Below, piece after piece: positions 38,906 through 51,173 of a DNA stretch of 64,000 bases (its first letter is position 1; the number at the start of each line of letters is the position of its first letter). A program made the translations under genes and the position numbers. Where the stretch lies: contig CM097885.1 in NCBI GenBank assembly GCA_044892525.1, forward strand, positions 260,524,001 to 260,588,000, in the 5' to 3' direction. Below the pieces are notes generated by a model, which made no database searches, was not told the DNA's origin, and saw only the letters and a program-made list of their open reading frames with translations. The stretch comes from Schmidtea polychroa (lineage: Eukaryota).

Positions 38906-39341
38906 ATCTGGATAATCAATAATAAGACATAAAATATGCAATATATAAACAAATTAACTAATAATAATCATCTCCAAACTGTATCAAAAATTTTAAAAAC
39001 ATTTCAAAAAAAAATATTTTAAAAAACCAAACCATATTTTACATAGCCCCACATACATATTATTTTAAAATTAAATTTTAATTTAATAACATTTAACAAT
39101 CAACATACAATTAACAAATTTAAAAAAAATTACATAGTTTAAAAAACACAAACATAATTATACCACAAACACGACTCCCAACCTTCATCCTTCAATTACT
39201 TAAACACATTCAAAATCTCCGTGGAACGGGCCACTTGATCATTTATTTTTGGATTTAAATATCTAATCAACAATGCCTCACAAGTTACTCGTTCCCAATA
39301 ATTACTTAAACCTTTTGAAATAATTTTAAAATAAGAGATAC

Positions 39342-41606
39342 CTATTTTTTAGTGACACATTTCCTAACATGATTACTAATATTAGTCAATCCTTTTGGTC
39401 GACAGTGTTCCAGAACTCGGGTGCAGAAATGACGGGCAGTCTCTTCAATGTATGTGGCATTACACCCATTACATGAAAATTGATACACGAGCTCAGAACA
39501 CAAACTAATTGGCGTTGGACATTTACTAGTAAACATACTGCTAACTTTGCAAGAAGTGGAAACAATCCTGAATTGATCCTTGTCTACATATTTGAGAATT
39601 TTATGTTTAAATTCTCTGAAACCCTCAGAATAAGGCAATACTAACACATATTTCGGCTCCATGCGATTGGATCGATTCTTGTCACTTTCCGAATTTAACA
39701 TAGTACTTTCCTCAGGAACAATAGGTACCTCAGATTCAGACGTACGCATACCAACGTTATCAGATTTAAACATTAACTTATCCACGGTCACTTTTGTCAT
39801 TTTCTCAAGAAAAGATTTAGAGTAGCCATTTTTAAGTAACAACTCAACCAATACATCAATACTTTTTACTGAATTAGCAAACGTGGAGGATAGTGACCAA
39901 GCACGAAACACTAATCCTCTCACCATATTCCTTTTATATTTAAACTCACAAAAACTATCAGGCGTTGTATATAAACCAGTATCCGTCGACTTTCTATATA
40001 TTTCAGTCTCATAATGTTTCGATTTGCGTTGAATGAGTAAATCTAAAAACGCAATCGATGACCTTTTTTCTTCTTCACATGTGAATTTAATATTCTTATG
40101 CAAATCATTCATAAAATTTAAAAACGGCATTACATGTTCACGACTCTCAAACACCAAAAAAATATCCTCTACATACCGTTTGTACATACTAGGTTTAATA
40201 AGATGGCATGAAGACATTTTCTTTTCCAAACTAGACATAAAAATAGAAGCCATAGTTGGGGCTAATGGAGAACCCATAGCAACACCATCCACTTGTTTAT
40301 ACCATTCATTATTAAACATAAAGTTAACATTCGACGTTGAAAATTCAAGCAATTTGCGAAAAGCAATTTTATCCACATTCTTATGTTCAGACTCATTATT
40401 ATTCCACATTTCACAACATAAATCAATCGTTTCCACCAATGGAACATTAGTAAAAAGACTACACACATCAAACGAAACCATCATTTCATCATCAGAACTT
40501 TTCTTCAGTGCAGCAATGAATGAAGCAAATTCAAAGCTATCCTTACATTCGAACTCAGACGCCATTAACGGTTTTAATAACCCATCCAAAAATGTGGCAA
40601 TTTTATATTGAGCGGCTCCTACCATCGATAACACTGGTCTCATAGGCATACCTGCTTTATGTACTTTTGGAAGACCATAAAGCTTTGCGGGTTGAGATCC
40701 TTTCGGTTTTAGGAATTTTACCAAATCTATATCAATATTTTTATCATCCGACAATTTGTTTAACATTTTTATCAAAGTTAGTTCATCTTTCAGAGGAGGC
40801 AACTTCCCATTTTTTCGACAACTACCATCTTTAACAAACTGTGGAGATGACAAAACATCGTTCAATTTGTTCACATACACATCATGGTCTAAGATAACCA
40901 AACCATTACCTTTATCATATTTACAAACGTTAATATCTTTTTTAGCCAAATTCTTCAAGATCAAGAAATCTTTTATATCTTGTTTTTTATTTTTATTGAT
41001 ATAATCAATCGTACTCACATTCAACAAATTCTTTACATAATTATTATCTATATTCTTATCAAACACGCACATATTGTAGTACAATCTTTCAATTTTAGCA
41101 CACAGTTTAGTTTTATCAATACGATTTTTAATACCATGATTAGGACCATATTTTAAAATTCGCTCTTCATCATGTGTCAACACAATTTTACTCATATTTA
41201 AAAATGTTTCCTTTACATCAAACTTATAAATACCAAATAATCTTCTTAAATTATTCAACTTTTTAATATGGGAATCAAACTTATGCCTTAATTGTAACTC
41301 AGAACAATTGATACACCATTTGATACAATATTGAAAACGAAAATCACCAATCAACCTGATCAAAACCGCTTCTATTCCAACTAATTCATCATCCAAAATC
41401 CGCTTCTTTTTATTCTGTGCTTCCAAAGTTCTACGCAACGTTTTCCGATGGATTGAAGTAATATCTTCCGTTAAAAGATAATTACTCAGTTTCATTTTAA
41501 AAATGAAAGAGGGAATCATACCATTCTCTAGACAAGTTTCTAAAAAACTAATGTCTAGTTCCATTTTTCTAATTGAAATAAATTTCTTCAGCAATTTTTT
41601 GAACAC
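39342..41606 (-). CDS. Penelope RT plus GIY-YIG endonuclease ORF (754 aa), probably inactive
   Basis: YGLPKVHK..PMRPVLS, SFDVCSLFTNVP, GVAMGSPLAP, RYVEDIF (YVDD changed to YVED), AFLDL, LVYQFSCNGCNATYIEET (YIG changed to YIE); no in-frame ATG immediately upstream. Confidence 0.93.
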   Translation of the reverse strand: MFKKLLKKFISIRKMELDISFLETCLENGMIPSFIFKMKLSNYLLTEDITSIHRKTLRRTLEAQNKKKRILDDELVGIEAVLIRLIGDFRFQYCIKWCINCSELQLRHKFDSHIKKLNNLRRLFGIYKFDVKETFLNMSKIVLTHDEERILKYGPNHGIKNRIDKTKLCAKIERLYYNMCVFDKNIDNNYVKNLLNVSTIDYINKNKKQDIKDFLILKNLAKKDINVCKYDKGNGLVILDHDVYVNKLNDVLSSPQFVKDGSCRKNGKLPPLKDELTLIKMLNKLSDDKNIDIDLVKFLKPKGSQPAKLYGLPKVHKAGMPMRPVLSMVGAAQYKIATFLDGLLKPLMASEFECKDSFEFASFIAALKKSSDDEMMVSFDVCSLFTNVPLVETIDLCCEMWNNNESEHKNVDKIAFRKLLEFSTSNVNFMFNNEWYKQVDGVAMGSPLAPTMASIFMSSLEKKMSSCHLIKPSMYKRYVEDIFLVFESREHVMPFLNFMNDLHKNIKFTCEEEKRSSIAFLDLLIQRKSKHYETEIYRKSTDTGLYTTPDSFCEFKYKRNMVRGLVFRAWSLSSTFANSVKSIDVLVELLLKNGYSKSFLEKMTKVTVDKLMFKSDNVGMRTSESEVPIVPEESTMLNSESDKNRSNRMEPKYVLVLPYSEGFREFKHKILKYVDKDQFRIVSTSCKVSSMFTSKCPTPISLCSELVYQFSCNGCNATYIEETARHFCTRVLEHCRPKGLTNISNHVRKCVTKK

Positions 41607-41701
41607 TGGAACCGCTGAGGCATAATTATTAAATAAATAATCAAAAAAACGTTACAATGATTTAATAATACAGAAACGCCAACTCAATAAATTCAACATA
41701 A

Positions 41702-41744
41702 ACGCGATATATTTCAATTGTACAACAATCTTCGTCAGGCCGCA
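41702..41744 (-). ncRNA. Minimal type-I hammerhead ribozyme motif, copy 2
   Basis: Same sequence as 38863-38905, offset by 2839 bp. Confidence 0.7.
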
Positions 41745-41789
41745 ATCTGGATAATCAATAATAAGACATAAAATATGCAATATCTAAAC

Positions 41790-42701
41790 AAATCTAAACA
41801 TTAATGTTTTTAAAATGTATTTTACTCTTACAGCACTTATTGTGCTCACTAATATTGATCAATGCCTTGGATCCTTAGGATTTTAATAAATCTATCAACA
41901 TTCTCTTTTACCATAATTAATAAAAATGATTTTGAATAACCATTCTTCATTCAACCATTTTGCCAACACTTTTTACTGAATTTACAAAAGTAGAATACAA
42001 AGACCATGAACGATAAATCAATCCCTTCACCATATTTGTCTTCTACCTAAATTCACAATAACATTCGAATGAAGTATAGAGATCAGTATCAGTTGGTTTT
42101 CTATAAATCTATATCTCATAGCGTTTCTCTTTGCGTTGCATTAACAGATCCAAGGAAGTTAGTGATCAGTTTTTCTACGTTTTGCATGTGAATATAAAGG
42201 TTTTTATGTATACAATTCATATAATGAAAAACGTCTCAACATGCCTCTTATTTTCAAATATAAGAAAAATATCATTTTACATACCGTTTATAAAAAATGT
42301 TTTTCATAAATTGGAAAAATACGGTTTCCAATGAATCCTCATACATACTTTTATTATTTTCTGTTCTCTTTTATGCATGATTCCATTAGCATTGAAATAT
42401 ATCTCACGTCTTTTAATTAATTTCTCCAAGTTATAACCTTGACAAAACACCTTTGGTAACAGCCTTTCAGTGATCGTGTCGGTGTTTACCACTGGCGTCA
42501 AATTAGGATTTTCATTTGTTAAAACATTAAAATCGTTTCGTGAATCACTAAATAACTCCATAAACTTTATTTAAAAAATATGCACTAAAACATTAATGTT
42601 TTTAAAATGTATTTTACTCTTACAGCACTTATTGTGCTCACTAATATTGATCAATCCCTTCACCATATTCCTCTTATACTTGAATTCACAAAACATTCGG
42701 A
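41790..42701 (-). repeat. Third chimeric gag/Penelope unit plus PLE fragments
   Basis: MELFSDSRNDF start at 42561; PLE RT C-terminal fragment at 41930-42300; GIY-YIG remnant NISEHNKCCKSKIHFKNINV. Confidence 0.85.
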
Positions 42702-45540
42702 CAGTCGCGTACGCAGGATGTTCCATGAGGGGGGGGGTTTCCAGAAAACATATTTTGTATATGTATTTTTATTTTTTCACGTAATAGCTAGCACTATTTA
42801 CCAAATTATATTCAAATTATATTTCACTTTATTTCAATATAAAAACAATTACCTATAGGTATATTTTTCTCTCAACTTTTTATAGAAAATTGTAAAGAAA
42901 ACTAAATAAAAATTTATTAAGAAATATGAATAATAATTATACATTATAAGAAAAATTAATATAAAAGTTTTATTAGAAAAAAAAGTAATATACTATATAC
43001 ATATTAAAAATTATATAAGAAAAATTAATAAAAAATTAAGCAAGAAAAATTAATAGAAAATTATACATATGATGAATATCTTTGTATAAGAAAACTCAAT
43101 ACATATATTAAAAATTATGTATTGTTTTCTTATAAAATAGAATAAAAATTGCATATTCAGCAAAAGGACTATTTTCTGAAAAAAATAAAAAGCGATATAA
43201 ATTAAGACTGAAGTTCAAAGATTTTTCTATCCATAATTACCTAATCCAAGCGAATTTCTAATTTACGTGAAGTTTTTGCTAGTTCATCTAGAACTGCATC
43301 TGTAGAAATCGCGACATTACGATGAATATTAAGTAACGCTAATCCATTTAACCTATCTTCACTCATTGTGTTGCGTAAATACGTTTTAAGTCGTCTCAAT
43401 GTTGAAAAAGATCGTTCACTGCTTGATGTTGTAACTGGTAGTGTAACAAATATTTTAAGTAATTTTCGAACAGTTGGGAAAATTAAATCGTCGCATGCTA
43501 AAAATGCATTATGAGCATTTTTTGGTGTATTCGAAGAATTTAAGACATGGCGCCACCATAGCTTCAGCTCACCAATGCCCTCAACTATGAAAAAAGTTTG
43601 TAATACTATTATATTTTTCTAAAAGGATTTTTGCAGAATTTTCGTGCTCTGTTGAAAAGTTTTGTTCATTTGGCAAAAGACACATAAAACTTTGCAATAT
43701 ATTTTTATATTTCAGAAACCGATCGTGAATTTGCATCTTTGTAGAATCCACAAAAGGAATGAAGATGGCAATACGATAATAGTCTTCAGGATTTTCAACT
43801 ACAATGTTGCAGCGATGAACTTGTCTTCCGGTTAGACGAGGAATTCGTATTTCTACATTAAGTTCGTCACATATTTTCTTGACGTCACTGAAAATGGTAT
43901 TAAATTGCTTTTCTATTTCGCGTCGGGTTATAGCAAAAACCTTGGCAAGAACATGAAGCGATACTTGAAATTCTGTACTCATAATAATAGATAGAAGCTG
44001 AATTGCAGAAGAAGTTGTTTTGTCATCCCATTCAGAAATAATTTCCATTGCAGAAATTGCAGCTTTTTGAAGCTCCATAAATACTAGGACGGACTCGTGG
44101 CGTTGAATCCATCGTGTGGGACATATTTGTTTTAGTCGCGTTGCTGTTGATTCAGATTCCATTTGGTCTATACAATTTTTTAGCACGGCTTGGCGCTTTG
44201 GGGTGTTAAAAAAATTGTACACACTTCCAAGTGATCCTATACAATTTCGTATAAATGAAATTTCACAAGTATTAGAAATAGCGAGGTTTAAACTATGAGA
44301 TGCACAGTGTACATATAAAGCTAGCTTATTTTCATCACTAACATATTTTTGTGCCCCATGAAATCGTCCACTCATTGCTGAAGCTCCATCATAACCCTGT
44401 CCAATCATGAATTTTGAATCTATTTCTAGATTACGCATAGTCTGCATTAAAACATTTGCAAGACCCTTACCAGTCACATCAGTAACAGGTACAAACTGTA
44501 AAACATCTTCTCTGATGTTATTCGAATCAGAATCTACATAACGAAAGCATAATGAAAATTGTTCAATACCAACTATATCACTAGTTTCATCAGCCAAAAT
44601 CGAAAATGATTTCGCACTATTTATTTTAGCAACAATTGAACGAACAACTATTATATTGCATGCACTTATAATTTCGTTTTGAATTCTTGGACTCAAATAA
44701 GTTGCATTTTTTCCTGAGACTTCTAGATGATTTTAAAGTATTTCATCTTCACAATGGACTCTAAAACGTAAAAGTGCTCGAAAATTTCCATCATTTTCCT
44801 CTGGATTATCAAGTGTTAAAGTGCCAGAGTCTCTATGTCCTCTTAAAGGCAAACCTTGACGACCGCAAGAAAGTATAGTCTCTATTATTGGAGTTAATCT
44901 ACTCCGATTTTCTATTATTTGTTTTTTTAGACCGGAGTCCAATGCCAACACTACAGGTTCCATTCTATGCTCGGAAATTGCTTTACGATTTTGTGCGTGA
45001 AGAACGGCTGTTTTATGGTACTCAGTTTCTTGATGTTTGTTGAAATTTTCTATAGCATCTTTCCAGTTTGAGAAAGCAGTTTTGGCAAATTTTCCTAGCG
45101 GTTGATGTCCGACACCACCATAATTCGCAGAAAATAATACACAATACTTACAGAAAGCACCATCCAAAGGTTTTGAGTATACTAACCATTTCCACCTGCT
45201 AAACCAGCTGTATTGAAACTTTAAATTACGTTTTCCACTAACTGGGAATACAAATTTGTCGTCAGGATACCAAACGTTTTTCAACAAAAATAATCTTTTT
45301 TCATCGTCGGATTGGTCTTTTCCAATAAAATTACTAATATCATTAATAATTACATTTGAATCTGATCCTGATGGAGACTCACATTCACATCCACTTACTG
45401 AAGCTGCAGCACTCTCATTTTCACTAGGAACAGGAGCAACCTGATCAGTTGTTCTTTCTAAATCACTTGTTTTAGATTTTTAACAAAATAATTCGTTAAA
45501 GTAGAATTTTTTAATTTTCTCTTCTCGTTATTCATCTTCA
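42702..45540 (-). mobile_element. hAT transposon (ZMYM1/THAP12-like transposase), fragmented ORF, one end preserved
   Basis: TTF-like finger WFSRWKWLVYS..DGAFCKYC, FSILADETSD, LHVLAK, LPVTTSSSERSFSTLRRLKTYLRNTMSEDRLNGLALL; terminus CAGTCGCGTACGCAGG at 42702; opposite TIR not found. Confidence 0.9.
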
Positions 45541-45547
45541 CAAAATA

Positions 45548-46150
45548 TTATTTAGAATTAACAAATTTTAAAATTAACATTAAACAGAAATTAGACTTTC
45601 TCAACAGAAAACAAATTATAAAATAAACAGTAAGAACAAAAATAAATTCATTAACTTTTACCATAATTAAAAAAAAGGATTTCGAATAACCATTCTTCAT
45701 TAACAATTCAACTAATTTGTCAACGCTTTTTACTGAATTTACAAAAGAAGAAGACAAAGACCATGAACGATAAATCAATCCCTTCATCATATTTCTCTTA
45801 TACTTGAATTCACAAAAAACATTCAGGTGAAGTTTAAAGATCAGTATCTGTTGGTTTTCTATAAATCTTTGTCTCATAGTGTTTCTCTTTGCGTTGTTCA
45901 CTGATCCAAGAAAGCAAGTTATGAGTTTTTCTCCGTTTCGGATGTGAATAAAAGGTTTTTAGTTATACTATTCATATAATGCTAAAACGTCTCAACATGC
46001 CTCTTATTTTCTAATATACAAGGAAAATATCATTCCCATACCGTTTATAAACAGTGGATTTAATAAATTGGAAAAGTACGGTTCAAAAACGTCTCAACAT
46101 GCATCTGATTTTCAAATATAGGAAAAATATCATCCACATACCGTTTATAA
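45548..46150 (-). mobile_element. Penelope RT C-terminal fragments
   Basis: FCEFKYKRNMMKGLIYRSWSLSSSFVNSVKSVDKLVELLMKNGYSKSF parallels the main PLE ORF. Confidence 0.85.
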
Positions 46151-46849
46151 ACGGTGGGTTTTAATACATTAAAAATGCAATTTTCCTTTCAAAGCTTTCT
46201 TTTCTCTGCTTTTTTTAAAATTATTCTTATATTTATTTTTAATATTCTTTGTCCAGAACTTCTACCGAATAAGTTTGATTTTCCAACCCTTCTATAAAGA
46301 CGTGTATCTCTCCTCTTCATTGTCTTCTATGATGTCTACAGTTACTTAGATCTTACAATACACTCTTCACATAATTAGTATTATTATCTTTCATCATTCG
46401 TATTTAATGAAAGTACAAACTTTCACTCTTAGCAACTTTACTCATATTTATTTTTGTATTCTCCACATTAAATTTAGAAACCCAATTAATTTTTTCAAAT
46501 TTTTTAATTTATTAATATTAGCATTTTCTTTGGTTTTTAACTGACAAATTGAATTTTTAATACACTGTTCAACACATACTTGTAAACAAAATCATTTGTT
46601 ATTTCTTTCAAAGTAAATCCAATATTTAATAGATATTTAATTGATTTCGAGTTTTCGAAATTATGATATTTTGGATTTTGAGCAATTGTTTAAAAGGTGG
46701 TTTTTTGGAATTATGTTTTTTTTGAAAATAAGTTTTTAGGATATTTATGATATTTGAATTGCTCGAAGTTGTTCAAAAAAGGAATGTTTGAAAGGACTTA
46801 AGAATATGGAGATTTTGACATTGGAAAAGATCAAACAGCGATTTTGTTA

Positions 46850-47265
46850 TTTGCTCACATTTGTTGTTCTTTGAAGACAACCGAAACTAATGATACTTCC
46901 AAATTGTTTTATGATATTTCTTGTGGATCTAATGGAGCTGAACTTGATGATGTGTTACGTGAAAGCAGAATTGAGATTCTAATTCACGATGGATATGAAA
47001 TAAAATTTATAATTTAAATAAAAATCATAATTTAAATAATAAATCATTTTTTATTTGTATACAAAAATTATTTTAATTTTATCATAGTATAATTTTTATA
47101 AACTTTTAAAAATTATTAAAAGTTATTAAAAGTCGAAGTAACCAAAATAAAAAAAAGGTTTAATGATTTCATTAAAATTTAAGTTGTACGTTATATGACC
47201 CGCTTGTAAGTCGAAGTGGCTATTTTGACGTAAATTTCTCGACTTATACGCGAGTATATACGGTA
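46850..47265 (+). mobile_element. pogo-like right end (TIR plus TA) with decayed upstream sequence
   Basis: CTCGACTTATACGCGAGTATATACGG-TA (47238-47265) is the reverse complement of a TACCGTATATACTCGCGTATAAG-type pogo terminus. Confidence 0.55.
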
Positions 47266-48559
47266 TGTTAACAATTATATACGGAAATAATTATTACATA
47301 ACAGTAATGATTTAATTATTTATCAATAATTAAATAATCTAATAAATTCATTGCGGATTGAGTGTTAATTGTGATTTAATAACCAATGCCTCACATAAAA
47401 TTCTTTCCCACTTATTATTAAAGTTTTTATATAAAATTTTATAATATTTTAAGTCAGTTGCACCTTTGCATATTTTCCTATGATCAATAACATCACTCGT
47501 GCATCAAGACGCGGGATTGCAACCATTACATGGAAACTTATACACTAGATCAGACACTAAACCTATTGGGGGTTGGGATTTATTTCAAAACATATTTAGT
47601 AATTTTTTAAGCTTTTGATACTATTTTAAATATATTGTAATTGCCAATTAATTTCATGGCAGACAATTTAAAATCTTTAAAACCTTCCGAATATGGAATA
47701 ATTTAAACATGAGATTTGAAAAGTTCACCATCATTTCTTCACTTACTTTTCTCTTGCAAAAAAAATAAAATACCAATATTAGTAAAAACATTTATTTTTT
47801 TGAAATAGAAAAAATATTGATAAATAACCTAAAACTTAATAGGGATAAATGAAATTCAAAATATCAATGGGAAATTTTCCTATGTTTAGGGGTGATATTT
47901 ATTTGTATACACCAGAGCATGAATTAATTTACCGACGGGCCTAAAATTTCTTAGTTTTGGAGAAAATTAAAAAAACATTCTAAAATTATATTTATTGGAA
48001 TAATGTATTTTATCTTATCTGGTAAAAACATATTATAAGGTTTACCTGTAAGGTAGATTTTTAAATTGAAGGGGGTGCATTCCAAATGGGAAGTAACGGT
48101 CTATCGGATACGTATTGATGTGAGGAACTAAAATAAAAAAATTATTTTAACTAAGTCTTAAAAACATAAAATTTAGTAGAATGTGTCTTCATCAGATAGA
48201 AATCCCTATGAGTTATGATAGTGATTTCCAAATGGGTTTCGCGGGATAATGAGCTCTGGTACTAGATTTTGGTAATTTCAAAATTTCTCCAACGGATATT
48301 TTCAAATGTAATTCTGATCAATTTTAAAAATTGATTTATTAATTTATTTAAAAATAATAATTTTCAAATTTAAAAAACATAACCCATTTATGACAGGATT
48401 TTATACTGAATTTATCGAGCCAGTAATAACATAATCAATACAAAATCAAGTTGAAATTTCTAGAAAATTGAGAATCTTAAACGTACTCTGACATGTACGT
48501 ATTGCCATTTGGTGATGCAGGAATCTGAATGCTTAAAGGTTTTCGATAAAGTAATTTTC

Positions 48560-48960
48560 AAATGCTTCAATAAAAGTTGTGATAAATATAGAAGCATTCG
48601 TTCGGAGAGTTTTTGATTTAATCGACTGTGGAAAAAACTCTTTAATGAAGCTTTACTCGCTTCTTCGAAAACTTTGTAAGCGGTACTTTGATGAAAATTT
48701 GATTGTTTTTGGCGGTAAAGGTGTTGTTTTAAATTGCGATGAATCGTTGTTTAGACATAAACCAAAATATCATTGTAGTCGACCCACAACTCAAGATATT
48801 TTGGGTTTTAATTATTGCTGTTACAAGTTATATCCCTGAAAAGAGGTTAATGACTTTAGTCGAAGGAAGATCTGCAGATGAATTATTACCCGTGATACAG
48901 TCTAGAGTAAAAGACAGATTAATTATTTATACGAATTGCTGGGCCGCTTCGCAGTTTTAG
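48560..48960 (+). mobile_element. Merlin/IS1016 (ISXO2-like) transposase relic
   Basis: VVLNCDESLFRHKPKYHCSRP and VEGRSADELLPVIQSRVK..IIYTNCWAAS match the Merlin 'DES.F..K.KY.RGR' and 'R.A..L.P.I.......IYTD.W..Y' motifs. Confidence 0.8.
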
Positions 48961-49309
48961 TGGAAATAGACAACAACATCGAAATAATGTTACAGTGTCT
49001 TTTAATGAAGAAATGTTCGAAGAGCCATAGCACTTCCTTTATTGCACCATTTATTAATGGGATTACATACTCACTTTGAGAAGGAAGGAAATATCTGCCC
49101 TTAAAATATTGAGAATTTGTCTTAATTAATTTGCCTATCTAACATTGTGAAATTTTCCATTGAAGATGCACCCGAAACGCTCAAGTTCTTGTCGAACAAA
49201 ATAACATCAGAAAATGAATTGAAGCCTGTTGAAATCTTTTTTTGAAAAAAAATGAGGAGAATCAACACCTTCAATCAATGTGTGACAACGACATCTAATC
49301 AAATATTCT

Positions 49310-49500
49310 CAGACTTGATACATTTGTGTATTATTCCGGACACGGCTGGTGAGGCAGAAAGATCATTTTCAATACTATGCCGCACTAAAATGTCTTTGTG
49401 TTCTACAACGGGCCAGATGGGTCACACAGATCTTTCCTTAATGAATATGTAGACATAGACATGACAGTAAGCATTGATGACGTGACGGCCAGATTCAACT
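49310..49500 (+). mobile_element. hAT dimerisation-domain relic
   Basis: IIPDTAGEAERSFSILCRTKMSLCSTTGQ...LSLMNM. Confidence 0.65.
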
Positions 49501-50039
49501 GAGCCGAACCTCGCCGTCTTTATAATCCCATGTTTCTCACAGCACTAGTAAATATAGACATGGTCAACATATTGTTCTTTTGCTTTCCTCAATTGTGGCT
49601 AAATAATGATTATAGCAGAACCGTAGCCCTTCGGTTGATATGCAAAACGGACTAATTAATTTCCCTGATCTCAAATTAGACCCCCTTAATATTATATATT
49701 ATAAATGTTAATGTTCAGTGGACCTAATAATTTACACCAGCCATAAAATAAGCTTACTTATACCAAGCACTATCACCGTAAGAACAGAACATTGATAAAA
49801 AAAGTTTTATTTCCATTCGTAAAGTAGATCAAAATTGGAATCATTGTATGGGATTTATCAATATTTTCATGGAAATAGTGACAGGGATCGGTGACATGGG
49901 ACTGCCTTTTACACATTCGCAAATAAACGGGATTGATCAATCAAACTTAAGCGAAAAGAAAAATTTAAAATGACTACGCAAGAAAGAAGTTATAATGATT
50001 ACGTTGCAGAATAGTAGATAGATGTGCGAACCCTGCTCT

Positions 50040-50760
50040 CCATACAATTTTGTTAATTTTGTTTAAATATATGTAATATTTATGATTTCGTTTTAATCAA
50101 TTTTTACGTAATAGTTTAAAATTTGGTTAATCAATAATTACGAAATTTTTTATTTTTGTTTAAATATATTATGATGCAATATATCTGATTTAATCAATAA
50201 TTACGTATTTCTTAATATTTGTTTAAATCGATGAATATGTAATATTTTTGATTTTGATTTAATCAATAATTACTTAATTTTTTAAGTTTTGTTTTAATCT
50301 ATGGCGATGAAATATTTTCAATTTGATTTAATCGATAATTTCGAAATATTTTAAAATTTGGTTTAATAAATAATAACATATTTTTTCAAATTTTTGTTTA
50401 AATCTATGATGATGTATTATTTTCAATTTGATTTAATCAACAATTATGTAATTTTTAATTTTTTTTGTTTTGATATAATATTTTTATTTTATCGATAATT
50501 ACAAAATATTTTAAAATTTGGTTTAATAAATAATTACCTCATTTTCTTAAATTTTTGTTAAATTCGATGATGTAACATTTCTTGTTTTTATTTAATCGAT
50601 AATTATATAATATTTTAAAATTTGGTTAAATCAATAATTACGTTATTTATATTTTTGTTTAAATTGATGATGATGTAACATTTCTGGTTTTGATTTAATC
50701 GATAATTACAAAATATTTTAAAATTTAGTTTAATCAAAAATTACGTTATTTATATTTAAT
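50040..50760. repeat. Degenerate tandem array with 35 bp and 69 bp spacings (composite of about 104 bp)
   Basis: AATC(A/G)ATAATTAC anchors at about 50192, 50261, 50330, 50365, 50435, 50490, 50525, 50594, 50629, 50697 and 50732. Confidence 0.8.
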
Positions 50761-51173
50761 CCTTGCCCAAATCGATGATTGCATAATTTTAATTAATTTT
50801 AAACGATGATAATGCCATCAATTTTAATTTTTTATAAGAACATTTGATATCTATATATATACTTAAAATATAAATTCTTTTGTATGTAATTAAAAATGCT
50901 TATTCAACAAAAATCCCAATTGGTCTGGATTACAGAAATATATCCAATAAATATTCTTCAAATATGATTTCCGGCCCGTTAGGGGGGTTTTACCTCAATT
51001 CCAGTGAAACCATTTATAGGTAGAATTTAATTCCCTACATTACGATTTGATTTTAAATTTGATATTTCCTGTTGTGTGTGCTACAAGTTATGTAATCCAT
51101 ATAGTTATGTAATCACAGCATGTAATTTATCATATACATATCAAGTACAAATTATTCTATTTATTGATTAGAG

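Larger units (their letters stand above)
38833..41781 (-). mobile_element. Penelope-like element flanked by direct repeats of about 110 bp (pseudo-LTR-like)
   Basis: AGAAACGCCAACTCAATAAA...AAAATATGCAA is identical at 38833-38941 and 41673-41781 on either side of the RT ORF. Confidence 0.9.

Noticed and set aside
40033-40611. 192 aa plus-strand ORF
   Set aside because: It is an antisense shadow of the Penelope RT with no recognisable motifs.
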